Shown piece after piece: positions 56,679 through 64,000 of a stretch of 64,000 nucleotides of DNA. Made by a program: the position numbers and the translations under genes. How positions within the stretch are numbered: the first letter of the stretch is position 1; every line of letters begins with the position of its first letter. The stretch comes from Bacilli bacterium (GTDB lineage Bacteria > Bacillota_I > Bacilli_A > RF39 > UBA660). The notes beneath the pieces were generated by a model. The model saw only the letters and a list, made by a program, of their open reading frames with translations, did not search any database and was not told where the DNA came from. The stretch is from positions 5,442 to 69,441 of the forward strand of contig JAFUBW010000014.1 of the NCBI GenBank assembly GCA_017459965.1. The letters run 5' to 3'.

Positions 56679-57605
56679 CTAATTATTTAGGATTTTTTCT
56701 GTGTTCTTAAAATTTAATTTAGCAACTTCTCTTAAAATATCCCTGCCAAATTTATTAACTATTTTCTTTCCATAATCATCTACCATAACAGATGCTCCTT
56801 TTGGAACAAATGAACCAAGTTTATTACCCATTTCTTCACATTCTTTTAAGAATATATATCTACTTATTATTGAGGAACATGCAACTGATAAACATTTATC
56901 TTCAGCCTTAGTTGTAAAAGTTATTTTTCTAAATACATTATCTTCACCCTTTATAAAATTAAAATAACTTCTAGGCGATGTAAATTGATCTATTACAACC
57001 ATATCAGTAATATAGTTATCTTTTTTCATAAGTGATAAAAGCACTTTATTATGAAGAACTGCTTTTATTTTATTCATATTATATCCTTTTTCTTGAAGAG
57101 TATTATATTCTGTATTTTTTAGTATATAAGCACTATAAGGTATTTTTTTCATAATATCAGGTGCTATTTTTAATATTTTTTCATCTGTTATTTTTTTAGA
57201 ATCTCTAACACCCAAATCTTCTAAAAAAGAAATATCTTTTTTATTTACATATGATGCACACACTACAATAGGACCAAAATAATCACCAGTACCAACCTCA
57301 TCAGAACCAATAGAATTTATAAAATAATAATCTGTTTTATCATTATCTTCTTTTTTCTCTTTCTTTTCTTTTTCTTCTGGAGCTTTACCATTTAGCATTA
57401 TTTCAGTTTCTCTCCATATATTTGCATCTATATCAGCACTTATTCCTTGAAATACAACTTTTCCTGATTCATATAATGTAATAACAGTATCTGCATCATC
57501 TGCTTGAAATATTGCATAAGCAGGTGTTTTAGGTCTTGTCATATATTTATAATGTTCAATCATTTTTTCTTTAGTATTATCAGATATTTTAAAAGAAATT
57601 GTCAT
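56679..57605 (-). CDS. rnhC: Ribonuclease HIII
   Basis: The N-terminal TBP-like domain is followed by IGSDEVGTGDYFGP (the RNase HII/HIII DEVG motif). 308 aa. Confidence 0.88.
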   Translation of the reverse strand: MTISFKISDNTKEKMIEHYKYMTRPKTPAYAIFQADDADTVITLYESGKVVFQGISADIDANIWRETEIMLNGKAPEEKEKKEKKEDNDKTDYYFINSIGSDEVGTGDYFGPIVVCASYVNKKDISFLEDLGVRDSKKITDEKILKIAPDIMKKIPYSAYILKNTEYNTLQEKGYNMNKIKAVLHNKVLLSLMKKDNYITDMVVIDQFTSPRSYFNFIKGEDNVFRKITFTTKAEDKCLSVACSSIISRYIFLKECEEMGNKLGSFVPKGASVMVDDYGKKIVNKFGRDILREVAKLNFKNTEKILNN

Positions 57606-57691
57606 AAGTTTTCACCTCTTAAATATATTTTATCATATTTCTTTATTTTTTAAAAAAAATATATTATAATTAAGTAAAGTAGGTGAAGTTT

Positions 57692-58387
57692 ATGTTAGAT
57701 ATAATTATTTTAATGATTATAGTTTTTGGTGCATTAATAGGTTTTAAAAGGGGTATAATAAAACAAGGGTTAGTTACAATAGGTATGGTACTTGTAATAA
57801 TATTATCATTTGCACTTAAAAATCCAGTATCAGCATTTATGTATAAGAATTTTCCATTCTTTTCATTTAATGGACTTTATGAAAATATAAGTGTACTTAA
57901 TATTTTACTTTATGAAGTTATTGCTTTTTCATTAGTATTTTCAATTCTTTCTACAATTTTGTTAATTGCAATTAGAATAAGTAAATCATTTGATAAAATA
58001 TTAAGACTTACTTTTATATTCGCACTTCCATCAAGAATTTTAGGTGCAATATTAGGTGCAATAGAATATTACTTGATAGTATTTATAGGATTATTTGTTT
58101 TAATGCAGCCAATGTTTGAACTTCAAAATAGTGATTTATTTTCAAATTCAAAATTAAAAGACACAATACTTTCTAATACACCATTTGTATCAAGTTATAT
58201 ACAACCTACAATTGATACAGTTGAAGATATAGAAAAATTAATTGAAAATAAAGATAATTATTCAGATAAAACATTTAATTGTAAAGTAACTAATATAATG
58301 GTTAAAAATAAAGTAATTGAAAAAAAATCACTTGATTATTTATATTCAAGTGGTAAAATAAAAAACAAATGCAAGATTGGAGATTAA
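57692..58387 (+). CDS. cvpA: CvpA family membrane protein
   Basis: MLDIIILMIIVFGALIGFKRGIIKQ is a typical CvpA N-terminus. Four TM segments. Confidence 0.75.
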   Translation: MLDIIILMIIVFGALIGFKRGIIKQGLVTIGMVLVIILSFALKNPVSAFMYKNFPFFSFNGLYENISVLNILLYEVIAFSLVFSILSTILLIAIRISKSFDKILRLTFIFALPSRILGAILGAIEYYLIVFIGLFVLMQPMFELQNSDLFSNSKLKDTILSNTPFVSSYIQPTIDTVEDIEKLIENKDNYSDKTFNCKVTNIMVKNKVIEKKSLDYLYSSGKIKNKCKIGD

Positions 58388-58389
58388 AA

Positions 58390-58698
58390 ATGGTAAAATT
58401 AGTTAATAGTGAAGAATTTAATAATGAAATTAAAGAAGGTATTACATTTGTAGATTTTTTTGCTACTTGGTGTGGACCTTGTAAAATGATTTCACCAATA
58501 GTAGATGAAGTTTCAAATGAAATAAGTGATGTAAAATTTATTAAAGTAGATGTTGATGTATCAAGTGATATAGCGGCTTCCTTTGGTATTATGAGTATTC
58601 CAACACTTATGATGTTTAAAGATGGAAAAGAAATAATTAAACATACAGGTTTTATATCTAAAGATGAATTAATAGATTTTATAAATAAAAATAAATAG
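58390..58698 (+). CDS. trxA: Thioredoxin
   Basis: WCGPCKM active site. 102 aa. RBS GGAG. Confidence 0.92.
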   Translation: MVKLVNSEEFNNEIKEGITFVDFFATWCGPCKMISPIVDEVSNEISDVKFIKVDVDVSSDIAASFGIMSIPTLMMFKDGKEIIKHTGFISKDELIDFINKNK

Positions 58699-58756
58699 TA
58701 GAAATACTATTTTTTTTGACAAAATTTTTAAAATAAATATGTATACTTTATATTAG

Positions 58757-59191
58757 GTGATAATATTGAGAACTTTTTATATATTTAAAATTAATAATAT
58801 GTTTCAAACTTTTTATAATGATAAATCTAATATTCTATATAAAATGTTTAATGAAATATATCATTCTAAAAGTGATGAATTAATAAATAATTTTAGATTG
58901 TTTGAACAAATAACTATTCCTTTTAATAAAAAAATATTTAATAATTATATTCTTTTAAGGCATGGTAATGACTTATATTATTCAAGAAAAGATTCTATTC
59001 ACACAATTTCATCAGCTTATGAAATATCAAGACTTTCTGTTAATACAACACATTTAAAAATAAAAACAAATAAAAATATTAATTCATTTATTAAAGATAT
59101 TATGAATACAAAAGAAAAGGTATTTGTTATAGATTTTAAAAATAAAGATTATTTTTGGCTTAATGAAATAAATAAAGAAACCCTTGTATAA
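58757..59191 (+). CDS. Hypothetical protein
   Basis: 144-aa ORF with no recognisable motif. The start is uncertain. Confidence 0.4.
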   Translation: MIILRTFYIFKINNMFQTFYNDKSNILYKMFNEIYHSKSDELINNFRLFEQITIPFNKKIFNNYILLRHGNDLYYSRKDSIHTISSAYEISRLSVNTTHLKIKTNKNINSFIKDIMNTKEKVFVIDFKNKDYFWLNEINKETLV

Positions 59192-59230
59192 ATTTTGGTT
59201 TTTTATTATAATATTACTGGAGGTACGAAT

Positions 59231-59440
59231 ATGATACAAGATATAATACTCGTAGTAGTAGGTTTAATAATAGGTGCAGTAATTGGTTTCTTTGTTGCTA
59301 GAAAATATATGGAAAAATATTTAAAGAAGAATCCACCTATTAATGAACAAATGATAAAAATTATGATGAGTCAAATGGGTAGAACACCAACTCAAAAACA
59401 AATTAATCAAATGATGAAAGCAATGAATAACGCTAAATAA
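59231..59440 (+). CDS. UPF0154 (YneF-like) small membrane protein
   Basis: [54 protein letters not shown] matches the UPF0154 family pattern. Start after GGAGGT. Confidence 0.75.
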   Translation: MIQDIILVVVGLIIGAVIGFFVARKYMEKYLKKNPPINEQMIKIMMSQMGRTPTQKQINQMMKAMNNAK

Positions 59441-59501
59441 TTCATTGCTTTTTTCTTATATTTATTTTATAATTGATTTATAGAAAGTGTAGGTGTGATT
59501 T

Positions 59502-60797
59502 ATGAGTGTAGTTAGTATTTTACCAGCTGATACATATACTGTTGTTAATAAGACAATTTTAAATGAAAATGATAATAAAATATTAACTATGTTATATCAA
59601 CCTATAATAGGAATAACAGCTATTAATTTATATATGACATTATGTTTTGATTTAGATAAAAATGAAATAATGAGTGATGAAGTATCACATCATCATTTAA
59701 TGACTAATATGAGAACAAAACTAGAAGATATAATAATAGCTAGAGAAAAATTAGAAGCTATTGGTCTTTTAAAATCTTATTTTAAAAAGAGTGATGATGT
59801 TAATAATTATATTTATGAAATATTTTCACCACTTTCAGCTAAAGAAATATTTTCTCATCCAATACTTAATATAGTTTTATATAATAATGTTGGAAAAAAA
59901 GAATATGAAAGGTTAGTTAATATATTTAAAGTACCTAGAATAAATTATGATGGATTTGAAGATATAACTAAAAATTTTGATGAAGTATTTGATTCTGTTT
60001 CAGGTACTATGTTTGAAAATTCACTTAAAGATATAAAAACTACACATAAGTTAAATATAAATATAGATAATGAATTTGATTTTGAATTATTAGAATCAAT
60101 TATGCCAAAAGGATTATTAAGTGATAAAGCACTAACTAGGGATATTAAAACATTAATTCAAAATTTATCTTTTGTATATAATTTAGAAGTAGAAGAAATA
60201 AAAAATTTAATAATAAATTCAGTTGGTGTTAAACACAATATAGATAAAACATTACTTAGAAAGAATGCTAGAAATTATTATCAATTTAATAATAGTGGTA
60301 AACTTCCATCACTTATATATCAAAAACAACCTGAATATTTAAAAAGTGCTACTGGTGATGATAGTAAAAGAGCAAAAATGATTTATACATTTGAAAGTGT
60401 TGATCCATATCACTTTTTAAAAAGTAAATATAATGGTGTAAAACCAACATCTAGAGATTTAAATATGATAGAAAGTTTAATGAACGATTTAGAACTTAAA
60501 CCAGCAGTTGTAAATGTTTTAATAGATTATGTTCTTAGAATAAATAATAATAAATTAACTAAGAATTTTATAGAAACAATTGCAGGTCAATGGAAAAGAC
60601 TTAATATAGAAACAGCAGAGGATGCTATGAATCAGGCATATAAAGAAAGTAAAAAGAAAACAAAAACAACTAATATCAATAATAAAGAAAAACAAAAAGA
60701 AATAATACCTGAATGGTTTAATAAAAATATAGAAAAACAAAAAATGACTAAAGAAGAAGAAGACGAAGTAAAAGGTTTATTAAAAGATTTTGTATAA
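59502..60797 (+). CDS. dnaB: Replication initiation and membrane attachment protein (Firmicutes DnaB, DnaD-domain family)
   Basis: N-terminal ...ENDNKILTMLYQPIIGITAINLYMTL... and C-terminal DnaB_2/DnaD-like repeats. It is followed by dnaI, as in Bacillus. Confidence 0.75.
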   Translation: MSVVSILPADTYTVVNKTILNENDNKILTMLYQPIIGITAINLYMTLCFDLDKNEIMSDEVSHHHLMTNMRTKLEDIIIAREKLEAIGLLKSYFKKSDDVNNYIYEIFSPLSAKEIFSHPILNIVLYNNVGKKEYERLVNIFKVPRINYDGFEDITKNFDEVFDSVSGTMFENSLKDIKTTHKLNINIDNEFDFELLESIMPKGLLSDKALTRDIKTLIQNLSFVYNLEVEEIKNLIINSVGVKHNIDKTLLRKNARNYYQFNNSGKLPSLIYQKQPEYLKSATGDDSKRAKMIYTFESVDPYHFLKSKYNGVKPTSRDLNMIESLMNDLELKPAVVNVLIDYVLRINNNKLTKNFIETIAGQWKRLNIETAEDAMNQAYKESKKKTKTTNINNKEKQKEIIPEWFNKNIEKQKMTKEEEDEVKGLLKDFV

Positions 60798-60807
60798 GGA
60801 GTATACT

Positions 60808-61722
60808 ATGATAAAAGCAAAAGAAAAATTAGATGAGAAAATAAATAACAACTTAACAGATATAAAATTAGAATATTTTAAATCAAGAAAAGATGATGGT
60901 TTTAAATCTTTTACTGATAAAATTGATTTAAGCGATGATTATTTAATGAAATATAATTTTGAACTTATGCAATGTTATAAAGAATGTGAAAATTGTAAAA
61001 AATGTAAAGGTTTAAATTATTGCTTAAATGAAGTAAAAGGATGTGTATATACTCCTAAAATTGTTGATAGTGAATTAATATTTAATTATAAAACATGTAA
61101 ATATAAAAATGATTTATTAAATACAATAGAATATTTAAAAGATAGTTATGTTTTTTCTGTATCAAGAGATGTTATGAATGCTAAAATGAAAGATATATAT
61201 ACTGATGATAAAAATAGAATAGAAGTTATTAAATGGATTACTAAATTTATAAAAGATTATAAAGATGGTAAAAAAGTAAAGGGATTATATCTAAGTGGTA
61301 ATTTTGGATCAGGGAAATCTTATTTAGTATCTGCTATGATAAATGAATTAATAAAAGATGGTAAAAAAGGTGCACTTGTATATTATCCTAACTTTTTGCT
61401 TAGTCTAAAATCATCATTTGGTAAAGATTTTAATGAACAATTTGAATATGCGAAAAATGCAGATTTATTATTATTTGATGATATAGGAACAGAAAATGTA
61501 ACTCCTTGGTCTAGGGATGAAATACTTGCAAGTATACTACAATACAGAATGGAAGAAGGATTACCTACATTCTTTACATCTAATTTAACAATAGAAGAAC
61601 TTGAATTACATTTAAGTGCAGATAATAAAAAAGTTGACAAATTAAAAGCAAAACGTATAATAGAACGCATAAGTTATATGTGCGATGAAATAAAACTGAT
61701 AAGTAAGAATAATAGGAGATAA
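60808..61722 (+). CDS. dnaI: Primosomal helicase loader DnaI
   Basis: N-terminal Cys-rich zinc module (CENCKKCKGLNYC), then an AAA+ core with GNFGSGKSYL (Walker A) and LLLFDDIG (Walker B). Confidence 0.85.
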   Translation: MIKAKEKLDEKINNNLTDIKLEYFKSRKDDGFKSFTDKIDLSDDYLMKYNFELMQCYKECENCKKCKGLNYCLNEVKGCVYTPKIVDSELIFNYKTCKYKNDLLNTIEYLKDSYVFSVSRDVMNAKMKDIYTDDKNRIEVIKWITKFIKDYKDGKKVKGLYLSGNFGSGKSYLVSAMINELIKDGKKGALVYYPNFLLSLKSSFGKDFNEQFEYAKNADLLLFDDIGTENVTPWSRDEILASILQYRMEEGLPTFFTSNLTIEELELHLSADNKKVDKLKAKRIIERISYMCDEIKLISKNNRR

Positions 61723-61727
61723 GAAAA

Positions 61728-63314
61728 ATGGGGGTTTTTATTATGCATAATGATGTAATAAAGATGTTTAAGAAAAATGTACCTAGACAAAAGAAGGTAT
61801 ATCAAACATATATGCAAGAAGTTAAAATTCAAAATTTTTCTTATGCAAGTTTTAAAGAAGAAAATATCGCACTTATTGAAATTAAAGATTATTTAATGAG
61901 AATAGATGAATATCATTATTTATCTGAAACACAAATTGAAAATATGTTTACTTATCTTAAACAATATCTTTCAATTGATAATTTTAACAAAATAAAAAAA
62001 GTGTTTAAAAATTTAAATGATTTATCAGATTTTTTAAGTGAAAGATATAATTCAAAAACATCGCTTCATGGTCCAGTATCTAAAAATAATTGTTTAAATA
62101 TTATTAATAAAATAGATGAATTAAAAAGCGAACTTGCTAAAAAGAAAGGTAAAAATCTTATTGAACTTGAAAAAACAATTTCACATGAACTTGCTATAAA
62201 AAAATTATTAACTCCAAAAACATATAAATTTGATGAGAATAAATTATTATATCTTATAGATTGTTTTCCTTTTTTATTAAACTGTGATCGAAATAATAAT
62301 ACTTTTAATGACAGCTTTTGCAAATATGTAGAAAGAGCTAAAGTAAATAGAGATAGAGAAAAATTAAATTATTACAAAAATATGTATAATTATTTATCAA
62401 CCTTAAAAGAATTAAATTTAAATACTAATTATTTAGAGTATTTATTTGATATAAAACATGAAAAGATAGATGAAAATATTATTGATAAAAAGATTCATTC
62501 TCTAAGAGTTGATCCGAGTACAGGATTAAAAATAATAGAAGATTATATTATTTCAATTGATACAGATATTACTAAGAAAATAGATGATGCATTTTCAATT
62601 GAAAAAATAGGTGGTAATTATTTAATTGGTATTCATATTGCATCTGTTGAATCACTAGGTTATTTTAAAGAAAATAGCATGGATATAAATGAAAGAGTAA
62701 ATGTAAATAAAAGTAAGGCATCTCTTTCAAGGAATAAAAAAAGAAATGCAACTACAATGTATATACTAATAGATAGTAATGGAATTGTCAGAGGATGTAG
62801 AGAATTACAAACAATAGTAAAAGCAGATGCTAATTTAGTATATGAAGATATACCAAAATTAATTAGAAATGATGATATAAATCCTGTTCTTAAAAAAACT
62901 ATAATTGATTTATTATCAGTTTATAATTTGCTTGAAAATGAGAAATTTCCAAATAATCCAACAATTAGTAATTTTGCTTATTTAATAACAAGTAAATTAA
63001 TGATATTATGTTGTACTTTGTATTCTGAAGAATTTAAGAAAAATGAAATACCGGCTATTTATTTATGTGGAGATAATAAAAATAATTATTATAGTTTATA
63101 TCATTTTAATTATTATACTGGATTTGATAATTATAATACATATACTAAAGTTACATCTCCAATATATGATAGAGCTTCTTTAATTAATCAATATTTTATT
63201 AATAGATTTTTAATTAAAAAAAGAAATATGAGTGATGAAGAAAAAGAAGAAATGATTTTAAAATTAAAACCAATAGTTGACAAATTAAATAAAAATAAAT
63301 ATTTAGATAATTAG
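61728..63314 (+). CDS. RNB-domain-like protein (divergent RNase II-family paralog, possibly inactive)
   Basis: ISIDTDITKKIDDAFSIEKIGGNYLIGIHIASV parallels RNB motif I. The motif IV equivalent reads VTSPIYDRASL rather than TSPLRR. 528 aa. Confidence 0.5.
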   Translation: MGVFIMHNDVIKMFKKNVPRQKKVYQTYMQEVKIQNFSYASFKEENIALIEIKDYLMRIDEYHYLSETQIENMFTYLKQYLSIDNFNKIKKVFKNLNDLSDFLSERYNSKTSLHGPVSKNNCLNIINKIDELKSELAKKKGKNLIELEKTISHELAIKKLLTPKTYKFDENKLLYLIDCFPFLLNCDRNNNTFNDSFCKYVERAKVNRDREKLNYYKNMYNYLSTLKELNLNTNYLEYLFDIKHEKIDENIIDKKIHSLRVDPSTGLKIIEDYIISIDTDITKKIDDAFSIEKIGGNYLIGIHIASVESLGYFKENSMDINERVNVNKSKASLSRNKKRNATTMYILIDSNGIVRGCRELQTIVKADANLVYEDIPKLIRNDDINPVLKKTIIDLLSVYNLLENEKFPNNPTISNFAYLITSKLMILCCTLYSEEFKKNEIPAIYLCGDNKNNYYSLYHFNYYTGFDNYNTYTKVTSPIYDRASLINQYFINRFLIKKRNMSDEEKEEMILKLKPIVDKLNKNKYLDN

Positions 63315-63355
63315 TTTATATTTACATAAATAAAAAAATATGATAATATTAACTT

Positions 63356-63550
63356 GTAAATCGTTGATGAAGACATGATTATTTAATCAATGTTAAATAG
63401 AGAACTAGTGATGGTGGAATACTAGTAAATATATTAAATAATTACTACTTCTAAGAGAAGCTAATAACTTCCGGGTAATACCGTTATATTAATTAAGTAA
63501 AATAAAGGATGGTACCGTCTTATAGACTCCTTAAGTACCATTCTTTTTAT
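63356..63550 (+). promoter_or_regulatory. T-box riboswitch leader (Thr specifier) for thrS
   Basis: Promoter TTTACA-17-TAATAT (63321-63349). GA-motif tgatgaag. AGAGA box near 63401. ACU specifier candidates at 63444-63449 followed by a purine. T-box sequence aaaggatggtaccgtc (63505-63520). Terminator ending in a T-run at about 63550. Confidence 0.75.
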
Positions 63551-63570
63551 TTTAAAAAAGGAGAGATAAT

Positions 63571-64000
63571 ATGATAAATATTAAAGAAAATGAAAGTTTA
63601 AATACTTTAAATCATTCATGTGCACATTTACTTGCACATGCAGTAAGACATTTATATCCAAATGCTAAATTTTGGGTAGGTCCAGTAATAGAAGATGGAT
63701 TCTATTATGATATGGATTTAGGTGAAGATGTTATAAAAGAAGAAGATTTACCAAAAATAGAAAAAGAAATGAAAAAAATATCAAAAAGTGATAAAAGAAT
63801 TACTAGACTTGAACTATCTAAAAGGGAAGCACTTGATATGTTCAAAGATGATCCATATAAAATAGATATAATACAAAACTTAGAAGAAGATGCTATTATT
63901 TCAGCATATAAACAAGATGATTTTACAGATTTATGTAGAGGACCACATATGCCTACAACTAAATCAATGAAATATTTTAAATTAACTAAAATATCAGGAG
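63571..64000 (+). CDS. thrS: Threonyl-tRNA synthetase, N-terminal part (3' end outside the window)
   Basis: HSCAHLLAHAVRHLYPNAKFWVGPVIEDGFYYDM and DLCRGPHMPTT are hallmark ThrRS editing-domain (second additional domain) motifs. RBS AAAGGAGAG. Confidence 0.9.
   Translation, partial: MINIKENESLNTLNHSCAHLLAHAVRHLYPNAKFWVGPVIEDGFYYDMDLGEDVIKEEDLPKIEKEMKKISKSDKRITRLELSKREALDMFKDDPYKIDIIQNLEEDAIISAYKQDDFTDLCRGPHMPTTKSMKYFKLTKISG

Overview
Very AT-rich, low-GC Firmicutes-like (Clostridia/Erysipelotrichia-type) chromosomal segment. Evidence is manual reading of the sequence and ORF translations; no searches were run.

The backbone is ordinary housekeeping:
- a cell-envelope glycosylation cluster (1-5.1 kb);
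- typA, pyruvate:ferredoxin oxidoreductase and recG;
- uppS, a NUDIX hydrolase and six tRNA genes;
- feoAB, lspA, rluD, a rhomboid protease, rnhC, cvpA and trxA;
- dnaB(DnaD-like)-dnaI, then a T-box leader and thrS at the right edge.

Four things stand out.

1. A ~13 kb tyrosine-integrase island (about 19,340-32,325). It is bounded by a 32-bp direct repeat and has lambda-like tandem arm-type repeats. It carries int, a RepA-like ATPase and a DUF3173-like gene. Its cargo is a tightly coupled 9-gene operon: a 28-aa Cys-rich precursor-like peptide, a radical SAM/SPASM enzyme, a Cys-rich SPASM-like protein, a second radical SAM core, a Tet(M)/EF-G-like translational GTPase, an M29 aminopeptidase, a GNAT, a PLP-fold-like protein and a Ham1/ITPase-like enzyme. 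I read this as an undescribed RiPP-type system with a possible ribosome-protection immunity gene. This is the top candidate in the window.

2. A ~610-nt highly structured noncoding RNA with its own promoter and terminator (about 6,027-6,637). It sits directly upstream of a 4-TM protein with a DxxxD motif. This fits the OLE RNA / OapA pair.

3. A ~68-nt two-hairpin element present three times. Two copies lie in inverted orientation around the island replication module. The third starts at the stop codon of a large serine recombinase 17 kb away.

4. A large-serine-recombinase accessory segment next to tRNA-Leu. It has a leader-ORF/terminator attenuator, a five-copy TGTCTGACA array and lipoprotein/membrane cargo.

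Several candidate small RNAs and a degenerate RNB paralog are also noted. Many short antisense ORFs in the track are treated as artefacts of AT-rich composition.
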